A DNA stretch of 64,000 bases from an uncultured Clostridia bacterium. Lineage in GTDB: Bacteria > Bacillota > Clostridia > TANB77 > CAG-508. How positions within the stretch are numbered: the first letter of the stretch is position 1; every line of letters begins with the position of its first letter. The translations under genes and the position numbers were made by a program. Below the pieces are notes generated by a model that did not search any database, was not told where the DNA came from, and saw nothing but the letters and a program-made list of their open reading frames with translations. The stretch lies in NCBI GenBank assembly GCA_934133165.1, contig CAKPAW010000002.1:4417-68416 (forward strand). Reading direction: 5' to 3'. Of this stretch, positions 19,210-29,214 are shown piece after piece.

Positions 19210-20418
19210 ATGAAGAGATTATTAAAAATTAGTTTTGATTTATCTTTATTATCTTTTATACCAATAATTTCATGGTTTTTATTAGGTATATTAGTTGATA
19301 AAAATTTAATTAATATTTTTACTTTAACTTATCCAATACAATTTATATATTATATTTTAAAATCAGTATTCTCTACTGGTGCTAATATTTGTAAGGAAAA
19401 AGATAAAAATAAAAATGCTGTAATGTCAGGTATGGTTATGGGAACTATCGTTTCGGTTATTATTTTTTCTATACTTTTAATTAATGTAGATAATTATATA
19501 AATTTTATGAATATGGATATTAATACATATAAAGTATTTACTATATATTCCATATTACAATTGTTTATTTGTTTAGAATTTGCAATGATGTTAAATAAAT
19601 TATATTATGAAGAAAACAATACAATAGCAAATAAATATTCCTTAATATTTAATTTATTAAATTTTGGATTATTAATTGGTACATCTTTAATAACCAAAAA
19701 TCAAATTGCTATAATTACTACAACACTAATTCCATTGGCATTATTTACTTTATACATTTATATAAAAAATAGCAATAAATTTAAATTACAATTAAATGTT
19801 TTAAAATGTATTAAATATGATTCAGTAGAATTGTTTAATAATATTGCGTTTTTCTTGATTTTTTTATTTGGTTTAAGTAATGCTCTAGAATATGGTGAAC
19901 AATTTGCAATTGCGCTTACATTTGTGGCTCTTATAACCGATACGCAATGGGATACTGCTGATGCAATAGTTACTGCAGCAACAATTGATATAAGTAAAAA
20001 CGAATTCAACTATAAATATCATAGGAATAATGCTTATAAATTATTAAGTTTATTATTTATAACTAGTTTAATTATGTTTGTTTGTTTATATGGTTTTTAT
20101 GATTTAAATTTTAAAATTACAATGATTTATTTTGGATTTGAAATTATAAATTTCATAATTTATCCTATATACAGAATTAAAACTTGTTATTTACAGTTAG
20201 AATGGTCTGCATTTAAAACAACATCTAATAAAATATGTGCTTCTATTTTAAGAATGATGATGTCTTTATTAAAAACACCATTTTGTACAGGTATAGGACA
20301 AGTATGCTCATCAATATATCAATTTATTTCTGTAAGCATATTTTTTAAATTAAATTATAATGTAGATAAAACAGGAAAAGTAACATCCAAAAAAATCATT
20401 AGTAAAGACAATGCTTAA
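19210..20418 (+). CDS. polytopic membrane protein (flippase/MOP-like?); last 12 nt plus stop lie inside repeat R1
   Basis: 402 aa, ~10-12 TM segments; ends 'KDNA*' exactly like the ABC transporter at 25299. Confidence 0.4.
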   Translation: MKRLLKISFDLSLLSFIPIISWFLLGILVDKNLINIFTLTYPIQFIYYILKSVFSTGANICKEKDKNKNAVMSGMVMGTIVSVIIFSILLINVDNYINFMNMDINTYKVFTIYSILQLFICLEFAMMLNKLYYEENNTIANKYSLIFNLLNFGLLIGTSLITKNQIAIITTTLIPLALFTLYIYIKNSNKFKLQLNVLKCIKYDSVELFNNIAFFLIFLFGLSNALEYGEQFAIALTFVALITDTQWDTADAIVTAATIDISKNEFNYKYHRNNAYKLLSLLFITSLIMFVCLYGFYDLNFKITMIYFGFEIINFIIYPIYRIKTCYLQLEWSAFKTTSNKICASILRMMMSLLKTPFCTGIGQVCSSIYQFISVSIFFKLNYNVDKTGKVTSKKIISKDNA

Positions 20419-20872
20419 TTGGCATTGTCTTTATCATTTTCAATAGGCATATATTTTTTTATGTACTATTTTGTATCTTTAAATATTCAATTTTATTTCC
20501 AATTGCTCTTTCATCTTCAAAATATCCAAGATAGTGAAATCTATTTTTTACTTTAATTAAGCATTCAATATTTTCTTCTAGTGCTTTGGCAATATTCTCT
20601 ATAATATATTCTTCTTTTTTAGATTTTGATTCTTCTTTAAATTTTGGAATTTTAATCTCATATCCTACAATTAAATTTCTAATATATTCAGATTGTGATA
20701 TGTTTAAGTTGGAAGAATTATTTTTTAAAACAAATTTTTCATCATCACTTAAAAATACATTAACTTTATTATTTCTTATTCTCATAAATTTCAAAGCTCC
20801 TTTTTTAAATATTAAGGGTATGGGAATTCCCATAATAGAATTTGTATGGGAGTACAAATTCAGTGCTGGCTA
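20404..20872. repeat. direct repeat R1 (~470 bp; copy of 25285-25757) carrying a MobC-like gene and palindromes
   Basis: starts with 11-bp-stem hairpin AAAGACAATGC-TTAATTG-GCATTGTCTTT; contains 16-bp palindrome TATGGGAATTCCCATA (20819-20834) and hairpin GAATTTGTA(T/C)GGGAGTACAAATTC (20838-20861). Confidence 0.75.
20459..20785 (-). CDS. MobC-family ribbon-helix-helix protein (mobilisation accessory protein-like), copy 1
   Basis: 'MRIRNNKVNVFLSDDEKFVLK...LNISQSEYIRNLIVG' matches the MobC pattern (vRlt.eE...S.SeylR); true start likely MRIRNN (ORF-track start at 20857 reads through the upstream palindrome). Confidence 0.6.
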   Translation of the reverse strand: MRIRNNKVNVFLSDDEKFVLKNNSSNLNISQSEYIRNLIVGYEIKIPKFKEESKSKKEEYIIENIAKALEENIECLIKVKNRFHYLGYFEDERAIGNKIEYLKIQNST

Positions 20873-20878
20873 TACATA

Positions 20879-20902
20879 ATATGTGAGTATGTACTCACAT
20901 AT
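20879..20902. terminator. perfect palindrome ATATGTGAGTA-TG-TACTCACATAT overlapping the tnpV-like stop
   Basis: 11-bp arms; unique to R1 flank. Confidence 0.5.
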
Positions 20903-21257
20903 TTTCATTATAAATTAACTCTTTTAATATAATTTCTTCTGCTATATTTTTATAATTATTCATAAGTTTTGCCCACTCAATAGGGTTATTATCTTTATTT
21001 TTTTCAGTCAGTTTTTCATCACTTTTTATATAATTATGCATTAGAGTATTTAATAAATCTTCCGAATTTTTACTTACTGAAATAAGATAATTAGTAAGTT
21101 CTTCTTTCATTAAAAGTGAAGTATATAGTGCTTTTTTATACTCCTTTAAATATGCTAGTCTCGTTCTTCCATATTTGTTTATATTTCCTTTTTTAGTTTC
21201 TTTTAAAGTTAAATCTGGTAATAAATAATCTCCATGTTTTGTATAAGTTATTTCCAT
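20895..21257 (-). CDS. TnpV-family transposon protein (as in Tn4451-like elements)
   Basis: 120 aa; 'GDYLLPDLTL...YGRTRLAYLKEYKKALYTSLL...WAKLMNN...AEEIILKELIY' matches the TnpV pattern; directly downstream of the serine recombinase. Confidence 0.55.
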   Translation of the reverse strand: MEITYTKHGDYLLPDLTLKETKKGNINKYGRTRLAYLKEYKKALYTSLLMKEELTNYLISVSKNSEDLLNTLMHNYIKSDEKLTEKNKDNNPIEWAKLMNNYKNIAEEIILKELIYNENM

Positions 21258-21284
21258 AATTAAATCATTCCTTTCTTATTTTTA

Positions 21285-23069
21285 TTAAATATTTATAATT
21301 GTTTTTGGTATTAATAGTAGGTTATCTACTATGTTGTTATCTTCAATATATGGGCAGTTTATAATCCCATCTTGATAAAAATGTTGTTTTATTAGTTCCA
21401 TATATAGAAGTAAATCTGCTTCAGAATATTTATTATCTTCATATTTTTTTGTAGAAAATATAAAGTAATCTTGTTCTATTTTTTCTAATTCTTGTTTATT
21501 AATTTGTTCTTTATATTTAATTCCAATTTCATTATTATTTAGAATTTCATTAAGATAATTTAAATATTCTTTATTGCTTTTTGATATAAATTCATCAGTA
21601 AATTTTATATTTTTAATTTCAATATTGTAATTTTTGTCTCTTGTTATTTCTAAACTTGCTATTAATCTTTGTATTAATTCTTTCTTTGTTTTTCTATTTA
21701 GGCTATCCCATAAAAATGAAAATCCAAGTTTATTTTGAAATAGAATATTATTATCATTTTGATAATCACATTCTAATTTTTTAAGTAATTCTACTGTGTA
21801 ATCTTTAAAGTCATCATCTGGATCTAGTTTGTTTTTCTTTTGATTTAGTTTGTATATTTCTTTTTTAATAACTTCATTTTTATAGTTAATTACTTCAACA
21901 TTTAGAGTAGAACTTAAATATAGATCTACTAACTTTTTCTCTTGTTGTTTTAGTTTTTCAATAGCATTATCTATATCCTTTATTTCTTTTGTTTTGGTAG
22001 AATTACATACAATAATTTCATTATCTGCATCATACATATATCTAGTTAATTCATTTAAAATACGTCCCAGTTTTTGTTCTATTTTATCTGAACTATAATG
22101 AAGTCCTTTGTATTTACAATTACTATTTTTACAAGTTAAGTGATAATATACTTTTTCTTTTTCTGTACCACTATTTTTAAATGAATTAGTAGAAGAAAGT
22201 ATTCCACCACAATCAGGACATTTAACAATTGATGTAAATAAATGAATATGTTCTCCGTAGTTTGCGTGCTTATTTTTCTCTAAATTTGCTCTTGTAACAT
22301 TCCAAGTTTGTTCATCAATTATAGGTTCACAATAGTTATTAACTTTTAAAACATCTTGAGGTTTTCTTTTATATTTACCATATTCAAATATTCCAACATA
22401 AATAGTATTAGTTAGTATTTTATAGACTCGGTCACTTCGCCATTTACCTTGTTTTAAGTATGAATTATTATCTTTCATAATACTTGCTATGTTTCTTGTA
22501 GAGTGTCCTTTTTTACATAGTTCAAATATTTCTTTTACAACTTCTGCTTCAATAGGTTCTACTTCTAAATGACAAGTTTCTTTATTTCTAATATAGCCAT
22601 AAGGTGCTTTGCTAGGATGAATACGTTCTAATGCCATTTCTTCCATAGCACGTTTAGTTCTTGCTCCAATCTCTTTTCTTTCTCTTTGACTAAATACTAA
22701 ATTCATCCCAAAAATCATTTCACCATTAGCAGTAGATACATCATAAGGCTCAAGTATTAATTCAATCTTAATATCGTGTTCTTCGCAGTAATTAAGTAAC
22801 CAAAAACCATCATAATTGTTTCTAGTTAATCTATCTACTTTAATAGCAATTAACTTATCAATTTTCTTGGATTTGATATCTTTAAGTAATCTTTGCATTT
22901 CAGGTCTCATTAAATCTTTTCCAGAATGTCCTGCATCATTGGATACATCTACAATATCATAATCATTCTTTTCACAATATTCTTTAATCATTCTAAGTTG
23001 TGAATCAATAGAATAACCATTATCTCTTTGGTCGTCAGTAGATACTCTTACATAAACACCACATCTCAT
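21285..23069 (-). CDS. large serine recombinase (TnpX/TndX-like site-specific recombinase)
   Basis: 594 aa; N-terminal resolvase catalytic domain 'CGVYVRVSTDDQRDNGYSIDSQ' (nucleophile Ser), recombinase domain, Cys-rich zinc-ribbon region 'CPDCGG...C..C'. Confidence 0.85.
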   Translation of the reverse strand: MRCGVYVRVSTDDQRDNGYSIDSQLRMIKEYCEKNDYDIVDVSNDAGHSGKDLMRPEMQRLLKDIKSKKIDKLIAIKVDRLTRNNYDGFWLLNYCEEHDIKIELILEPYDVSTANGEMIFGMNLVFSQRERKEIGARTKRAMEEMALERIHPSKAPYGYIRNKETCHLEVEPIEAEVVKEIFELCKKGHSTRNIASIMKDNNSYLKQGKWRSDRVYKILTNTIYVGIFEYGKYKRKPQDVLKVNNYCEPIIDEQTWNVTRANLEKNKHANYGEHIHLFTSIVKCPDCGGILSSTNSFKNSGTEKEKVYYHLTCKNSNCKYKGLHYSSDKIEQKLGRILNELTRYMYDADNEIIVCNSTKTKEIKDIDNAIEKLKQQEKKLVDLYLSSTLNVEVINYKNEVIKKEIYKLNQKKNKLDPDDDFKDYTVELLKKLECDYQNDNNILFQNKLGFSFLWDSLNRKTKKELIQRLIASLEITRDKNYNIEIKNIKFTDEFISKSNKEYLNYLNEILNNNEIGIKYKEQINKQELEKIEQDYFIFSTKKYEDNKYSEADLLLYMELIKQHFYQDGIINCPYIEDNNIVDNLLLIPKTIINI

Positions 23070-23156
23070 AGTTTTCCTCCTTTCATTAAATTTCGAGAAA
23101 TATTAAAATACCTCTCATATGTTTCCTCACAAATAGGCAAAATGTATAGTCTAAAA

Positions 23157-23435
23157 TTAAAATTTTTTCAAAAATTGTGTAATTTCTTTAATATTATACT
23201 TTTGATTATGCTCTTTAATATAAAAAGTCTTATTTGATATTTCATTAACTTTGTATTCAAGTATTGTAAGAGTAGTAGGATATGTAATTTGGTATTCAGT
23301 AGGTATTACTACTTGTAGATTGGTGTGCAATATAGTTTTAATCTGTCCTAATATAACCTTATATTTAAAGTTTTTTAAGATGTTGGTTAAATCTTTATTA
23401 GGTTTTAGATTTTCAATTACTTTAAATTCAAGCAT
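23157..23435 (-). CDS. hypothetical protein (92 aa) upstream of the recombinase
   Basis: ORF only; no family recognised. Confidence 0.3.
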   Translation of the reverse strand: MLEFKVIENLKPNKDLTNILKNFKYKVILGQIKTILHTNLQVVIPTEYQITYPTTLTILEYKVNEISNKTFYIKEHNQKYNIKEITQFLKKF

Positions 23436-23477
23436 GAAAAAAGTCCTCTTTTCTGTGATAAGAGAACTTTTAAAGTT

Positions 23478-23534
23478 TTATATAAAATAAAAACTTACGA
23501 ACAATTAAGTCCGTAAGTTGATTTCAAATGGAGC
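23478..23534. repeat. 57-bp direct repeat DR1 (copy of 25843-25899, 1 mismatch); contains a terminator hairpin and ends 'tggagc'
   Basis: 'ttatataaaataaaaacttacga(a/g)caattaagtccgtaagttgatttcaaatggagc'. Confidence 0.75.
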
Positions 23535-23697
23535 CTTAACTATACATGTTTACGAAATTAAGACTATAAGATTTGATTAAATCTCTCTGATAGATTTATT
23601 ATATCATTTTATTAGATATTTTCAAGGGAGTATAGAAAAAAATGTCTAAATATAGTATAATTTATTTGCAAGAAAATAATATGTGGAGTAGATTAAG

Positions 23698-25299
23698 ATG
23701 AAAAAAAACAACATTAATTTTATATTTGGATTATTAGACAGGAAAAAAGTTGCTTTATGCTTGTTTATTGAGGCCTTTTTAGATTTTATTTACTACGTTA
23801 TTCCTTATACTTTTGCTCTTTTTTTAACAATGCCTTTTACTATTGAAAAAGCAGTAATTGTTGCTTCGATATTTATTGCTTCTAAATCAGTTAGATGTTT
23901 TGTGTTATATTTAGAGAGAAAAGTTATGGATAATTATTTATATGATTACTCTAATGTTCAATATTTAGAATACTACAAAAAATTAACTAAAGTGCCTGTA
24001 GAAACTTTATCTAAGTACCAAACAGGATATTTAGAGAATATAATAGAAAAGATATCTGAGTTAGTTAAAAAGATTCTTAGTGCAGAATATATAGGAATAT
24101 TATTATCTTTTGGATTTTTCTTTCTTACTGTATTTCAACAATCAAAAATTTTATTTGTAACATCGTTAGTATTAAGTATTTTATGTGTTATGATAAGTGT
24201 ATACATATTAAAAAAATCAAATAAACATGTTGAAGATTTATATGATAAAGAATATGAGTATTCATCTGTATATCAAGACTTTATTAGTAATATTAGAACT
24301 GTTAAAGCATTAAATGATGACAAATATTTTGAAAAAATTATATCAAAAGAAGGAAACGAATGTTATAAAAAACAAAACAAGTATGTTAAATGCTATTCAT
24401 TAGAAGAATTAATAAGAAATATTTTAATAGTGATACCATTTGCATTAGCAATTATAAAGGCAGTTATAGATTTATCTAATGGAATTGATACACTAGGAAT
24501 AATTACATTTTATATATCTATTTATTTAGAAATGGGATTTATATTTGATGAATTATCTGGAACAATTGTTAGTGGATTTGAATTAAAAGCATTAAAGAAA
24601 AAATGTATTCAATTATTTAGTAAATTAGATGAAAGAGAATTATTAACTAATTTTAATAAAATAGAATTATCAAATATAGATTTAAAATATAAAGAATCTA
24701 ATTTTAATATTAAAGTTGATAATATGGTAATAAAAAATAAAGATAAAATTTCAATAACTGGGAAGTCTGGTCAAGGAAAAACATCTATAATCAACTTGAT
24801 TTTAGGAAATATAACTACTTATAAAGGAAATGCTAAAATAGATGAAAATAATATGAGAGATTATAGACTTGACATAGGAGTTGTAAGTCAAGAAATAGAA
24901 TTATTTAATATGACTATAAAAGAAAATTTATGTTTAGATAAGAGTATTTCAGATGAAAAAATAATAAATTATTTAAAAGAATTAGAACTAGATGAAATTC
25001 TAATGTTTGAAGATGGAATATATACCATAGTTGGTGAAAAAGGATTAAAACTTTCAACTGGTCAAAAAAGAAGAATAAATATTTTAAGAAGTTATCTAAT
25101 GGAAAAAGATGTTTATATTTTAGATGAGCCTACATCTAATTTAGATAAACATACTGAAGAAATTGTAGTGGATTTTATATTAAAACACTTTAAAGATAAA
25201 ACATTAATAATTGCTACACATAATGAAAAAATAAATGAAATATGTAATAAGTTTTATCACTTTGATAACCATAAATTATTATTAAAAGACAATGCTTAG
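23698..25299 (+). CDS. ABC transporter, fused permease/ATP-binding (exporter type)
   Basis: 533 aa; 6 N-terminal TM helices; Walker A 'GKSGQGKTS', signature 'LSTGQKRR', Walker B 'VYILDEPTSNLD'; last 12 nt plus stop lie inside repeat R2 ('KDNA*'). Confidence 0.75.
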   Translation: MKKNNINFIFGLLDRKKVALCLFIEAFLDFIYYVIPYTFALFLTMPFTIEKAVIVASIFIASKSVRCFVLYLERKVMDNYLYDYSNVQYLEYYKKLTKVPVETLSKYQTGYLENIIEKISELVKKILSAEYIGILLSFGFFFLTVFQQSKILFVTSLVLSILCVMISVYILKKSNKHVEDLYDKEYEYSSVYQDFISNIRTVKALNDDKYFEKIISKEGNECYKKQNKYVKCYSLEELIRNILIVIPFALAIIKAVIDLSNGIDTLGIITFYISIYLEMGFIFDELSGTIVSGFELKALKKKCIQLFSKLDERELLTNFNKIELSNIDLKYKESNFNIKVDNMVIKNKDKISITGKSGQGKTSIINLILGNITTYKGNAKIDENNMRDYRLDIGVVSQEIELFNMTIKENLCLDKSISDEKIINYLKELELDEILMFEDGIYTIVGEKGLKLSTGQKRRINILRSYLMEKDVYILDEPTSNLDKHTEEIVVDFILKHFKDKTLIIATHNEKINEICNKFYHFDNHKLLLKDNA

Positions 25300-25757
25300 T
25301 TGGCATTGTCTTTATAATTTTCAATATGAGGTATATATTTTTTTAGCGTATTATTTTGTGTATTTAAAAATTCGATTTTAGTTCCAATTGCTTGTTCATC
25401 TTCAAAATATCCAAGATGATGAAATTTATTTTTTACTTTGATTAAGCAATTAATATTTTCTTCTAGTGCTTTAACAATATTTTCTATAATATATTCATCT
25501 TTTTTAGGTTTTTGTTCTTCTTTGACTTCTGGAATTTTAATCTCATATCCTATAATTAAATTTCTAATATATTCAGACTGAGATAAGTTTAATTTTGAAG
25601 AATCTCTTTTTAAAATAAACTTCTCATCATCACTTAAAAATACATTAACTTTATTATTTCTTATTCTCATAATTTGAAATCTCCTTTCTAAAAATTTAAG
25701 GGTATGGGAATTCCCATATACGAATTTGTACGGGAGTACAAATTCAGTGCTGGCTAG
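25285..25757. repeat. direct repeat R2 (~470 bp; copy of 20404-20872)
   Basis: same hairpin (25285-25313), MobC-like gene, palindrome TATGGGAATTCCCATA (25703-25718), hairpin GAATTTGTACGGGAGTACAAATTC (25722-25745). Confidence 0.75.
25296..25670 (-). CDS. MobC-family ribbon-helix-helix protein, copy 2
   Basis: 124 aa 'MRIRNNKVNVFLSDDEKFILKRDSSKLNLSQSEYIRNLIIG...'; ~80% identical to copy 1. Confidence 0.6.
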   Translation of the reverse strand: MRIRNNKVNVFLSDDEKFILKRDSSKLNLSQSEYIRNLIIGYEIKIPEVKEEQKPKKDEYIIENIVKALEENINCLIKVKNKFHHLGYFEDEQAIGTKIEFLNTQNNTLKKYIPHIENYKDNAN

Positions 25758-25842
25758 TCATAGATTTTATTCCCATATTCAAAAAAACAAAAAAAGAGGA
25801 TTAAATTATTTTGATAATTTTTTTGCTCTTTTTGAAGATTAT

Positions 25843-25893
25843 TTATATAAAATAAAAACTTACGAGCAATTAAGTCCGTAAGTTGATTTCAAA

Positions 25894-25899
<6 letters not shown>
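25843..25899. repeat. 57-bp direct repeat DR2 overlapping the last 6 nt of tRNA-Gly and its 3' terminator hairpin
   Basis: see DR1. Confidence 0.75.
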
Positions 25900-25967
<68 letters not shown>

Positions 25968-26296
25968 AAATGTAACTAAACATATTATATAACATATAAA
26001 AGATACTTTCAAGTAAAAAATAACAAAAATGACTTGCCAAAATAAAAAACAAATGGTAAAATGAATAAAAATTTAAAGGGGAGTAGCTTATAAACTACTA
26101 ATCAACACCTCGGCAGAAAATGCATGGTTAGTAACCTTTAAGGTAAGCAAGACTTTTAAAGAAAGGAGTACATGTAAATGTAGTGTTTTCTTTAGGAGTC
26201 TTATTTTTTATATTCTAGAAAAGACTTTTAAGAAGAGATAGAGGATTTTAAGAAAAAATAGACTATTAAACAAAAAAATGGAAAAAATAAAATTAG

Positions 26297-26328
26297 ATGA
26301 CGCAAAAGGAAACGTCCCTTTTGTGCCA
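26297..26328. repeat. mini-repeat copy A (gatgacgcaaaaggaaacgtcccttttgtgcc) in the 5' leader of the Ca-ATPase gene
   Basis: shares 'gatgacgcaaaa-gaaacgtcc' with copy D and 'ggaaacgtccc' with copies B2/E. Confidence 0.65.
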
Positions 26329-26345
26329 AAAAGGAGAAATGAAAA

Positions 26346-29078
26346 ATGGAAGAAAATTGGTTTAACAAAAGTATTGAACAAACAGAAAAAGAGTTAGAAA
26401 CAAATATCAAGAATGGATTAAACAAAGAACAAGTAGAAAAAGCAAGAGAAAAATATGGTTTAAATGAATTAAAAGCAAAGAAAAAGAAAAGTTTAATAAT
26501 TAAATTTTTAGAGCAATTTAAAGATTTCATGATTATAATTTTAATTATTGCAGCAATAATTTCAGGGGCTGTAGGAATTGCACAAGGAGAAGGAATTACA
26601 GATACAATTATAATTTTAATAGTTGTAATAGTAAATGCAATAATAGGTGTAGCACAAGAAAACAAGGCAGAAAAATCTTTAGAGGCTTTACAAAAATTAA
26701 GTTCTCATGCAGCAAAAGTAATAAGAAATGGAAAAATGGAAGTATTACCTTCAAAGGAATTAGTGCCAGGAGATATAGTTGTACTAGATACAGGAGACTA
26801 TGTACCAGCAGATTTAAGAATTTGTGAAGGAGCAAATTTAAAAGCTCAAGAATCTTCTTTAACAGGCGAATCTGTTCCAGTAGAGAAAAATATAGATACT
26901 ATTGAAGAAGAAAAAATAGGAATTGGCGATAGAAGTAATATGCTATTTTCATCTAGTTTAATTACTTATGGCAGAGGAAAAGCAATAGTAGTAGCAACTG
27001 GAATGAATACAGAAGTAGGCAAAATAGCTCAGATAATAACTAACGTAGAAAATACAGATACACCACTTCAAGAAAAATTAAATAAATTAGGAAAAACATT
27101 AGGAATAGTAGCAGTTCTTATATGTATAGTTATTTTTATTATAGGAATAGCTATTGGAAAAGATGCATTAGAAATGTTTATGACGGCCGTAAGCTTAGCA
27201 GTAGCAGCTATACCAGAGGGACTAGCAGCAGTTTCAACAATAGTTTTAGCAATTGGTGTTCAAAGAATGGTAAAGAAAAATGCTATTGTAAAAAAGCTTC
27301 CAGCAGTAGAAACTTTGGGTAGTGCAACAGTCATATGTTCAGACAAAACAGGAACATTAACACAAAACAAAATGACAGTGCAAAAAGTATTTTACGATGA
27401 TATTTTACAAAATGTAGAAAATGCTAAAGTAAATAATAACAATGAAGAATTAAAGAAATTAGTATATATAAGTATGCTTTGCAATGATACAAAAGTAGCT
27501 TCAGACAATACTCTAACAGGAGATCCAACAGAAACAGCATTAGTAGATATGGGATTTGAGTTAGATTTCCAACCAGCTTTATATGAAGAGTATCCAAGAG
27601 TAGAGGAAATACCATTTGACTCAGATAGAAAATTAATGACAACAGTTCACAAGGTCGGAGAAACATATTTTGTTTATACAAAAGGTGGAATAGATGAATT
27701 ACTTGCAAGATGTAAAGTCTACATTTTAGACGGAAAAATAGAAAACAACCTAGAAGAATATAAAGAAACAATAGCTAAAAATAACGAAGCAATGGCACAA
27801 GAGGCTTTAAGAGTACTTGGAATGGCTTATAAAGAAATGAACCATATGCCAACAAAAGAAGAAATGAAAAACATAGAAAATGACTTGACATTTGTTGGAA
27901 TGGTTGGAATGATAGATCCACCAAGAGAAGAAGCAAGAAAAGCAGTAGAAAAATGTAAAACAGCAGGAATAAAAACAGTAATGATTACAGGAGACCATAA
28001 AATAACAGCAATAGCAATAGCAAGGCAATTAGGTATTTTGGAAAATGATGAAGAAGCAATAACAGGTGCAGAACTTGAAGAAATGAGTCAGGAAGAGTTA
28101 GAACAAAATGTTAGAAAATATAGTGTATATGCAAGGGTATCACCAGAACATAAAGTAAGAATAGTAAAAGCGTGGCAAGAAAATGGAGAAATAGTTGCAA
28201 TGACAGGTGATGGTGTAAATGATGCACCAGCGCTAAAAACAGCAGATATTGGCTGTAGTATGGGAATGGTAGGAACAGATGTTGCAAAAGAAGCTTCAGA
28301 TGTAATACTAACAGATGATAACTTTGCAACAGTAGTGTCAGCAGTAGAAGAAGGAAGACGTATATATGACAATATATTAAAAGCAATACAATATTTATTA
28401 TCTAGCAATGTAGGAGAAATTATTGTTTTATTCGTAGCAATATTAATTACACCATGGCTTTCAAGCAAATTTGGAATAGATGTTAGCTTAATAGTTCCAT
28501 TGCTTCCAATTCATATATTATGGATAAATTTAGTAACAGATTCACTTCCAGCTTTAGCATTAGCAGTAGATCCAGCAGAAGAAGATATAATGGAGAGAAA
28601 ACCTTTAAAGAGTGGAAAAGGAATATTTACAAAAGGAATGACATGGAGAGTAATATATCAAGGAATAATGATAGGTATGTTAACACTTGCAGCATTTGTT
28701 ATAGGATTAGCTACACCAGAGGCTGAACTTCCACAAATAGAAGGATTAAGTGTGCAAGAAATAAAAGTAGAAATAGGCCAAACAATGGCATTTACAGTTT
28801 TAGCACTATCAGAACTTGTTCATGTATTTAATGTAAGAAATAACAAAAAATCATTATTAAAAACAAAGGCATTAAGTAATAAATATTTATTATTAGCAAT
28901 TGCAGTGTCAGCAGCACTTATGTTAGTAATACTATTTGTACCATTCTTAAGAGAAGTATTTAGTATACCAGTTTTACCAACAGCTAATATAATTGAAACA
29001 ATAGCACTTGTATTTGCACCACTTGTTATAGTAGAAATATTTAAATTATTAAAAATAAATACAACAAAAGACGAATAA
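26346..29078 (+). CDS. calcium-translocating P-type ATPase (PMCA/SERCA type)
   Basis: 910 aa; 'CSDKTGTLT' phosphorylation motif, 'TGDGVNDAPAL' hinge motif, 10 TM segments. Confidence 0.9.
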   Translation: MEENWFNKSIEQTEKELETNIKNGLNKEQVEKAREKYGLNELKAKKKKSLIIKFLEQFKDFMIIILIIAAIISGAVGIAQGEGITDTIIILIVVIVNAIIGVAQENKAEKSLEALQKLSSHAAKVIRNGKMEVLPSKELVPGDIVVLDTGDYVPADLRICEGANLKAQESSLTGESVPVEKNIDTIEEEKIGIGDRSNMLFSSSLITYGRGKAIVVATGMNTEVGKIAQIITNVENTDTPLQEKLNKLGKTLGIVAVLICIVIFIIGIAIGKDALEMFMTAVSLAVAAIPEGLAAVSTIVLAIGVQRMVKKNAIVKKLPAVETLGSATVICSDKTGTLTQNKMTVQKVFYDDILQNVENAKVNNNNEELKKLVYISMLCNDTKVASDNTLTGDPTETALVDMGFELDFQPALYEEYPRVEEIPFDSDRKLMTTVHKVGETYFVYTKGGIDELLARCKVYILDGKIENNLEEYKETIAKNNEAMAQEALRVLGMAYKEMNHMPTKEEMKNIENDLTFVGMVGMIDPPREEARKAVEKCKTAGIKTVMITGDHKITAIAIARQLGILENDEEAITGAELEEMSQEELEQNVRKYSVYARVSPEHKVRIVKAWQENGEIVAMTGDGVNDAPALKTADIGCSMGMVGTDVAKEASDVILTDDNFATVVSAVEEGRRIYDNILKAIQYLLSSNVGEIIVLFVAILITPWLSSKFGIDVSLIVPLLPIHILWINLVTDSLPALALAVDPAEEDIMERKPLKSGKGIFTKGMTWRVIYQGIMIGMLTLAAFVIGLATPEAELPQIEGLSVQEIKVEIGQTMAFTVLALSELVHVFNVRNNKKSLLKTKALSNKYLLLAIAVSAALMLVILFVPFLREVFSIPVLPTANIIETIALVFAPLVIVEIFKLLKINTTKDE

Positions 29079-29140
29079 GCTTAATACTTACTGCACCAAC
29101 GAAAACACGACGTTTTGTACCATAAAAAAATATCTAAAAT

Positions 29141-29169
29141 TTGACGTTTTAAGAAAAGTATGGTATAAT
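29141..29169 (+). promoter_or_regulatory. sigma-A type promoter (TTGACG-17-TATAAT) upstream of the glucosaminidase-like gene
   Basis: seen directly. Confidence 0.5.
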
Positions 29170-29214
29170 TAAAAACGTGGTGTGAAAAAAACACCAGAAA
29201 GGATGTAGAAAAAA

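Noticed and set aside
20786-20857. ORF-track start at 20857 for the first MobC-like gene (MYSHTNSIMGIPIPLIF...)
   Set aside because: The extra 24 codons are a translation of the palindromes TATGGGAATTCCCATA etc. The paralogue starts at MRIRNN, so the same start is preferred.
26100-26340. Possible riboswitch in the ~290-nt leader of the Ca-ATPase gene
   Set aside because: No recognisable riboswitch consensus. The conspicuous structure is explained by mini-repeat copy A and a hairpin.
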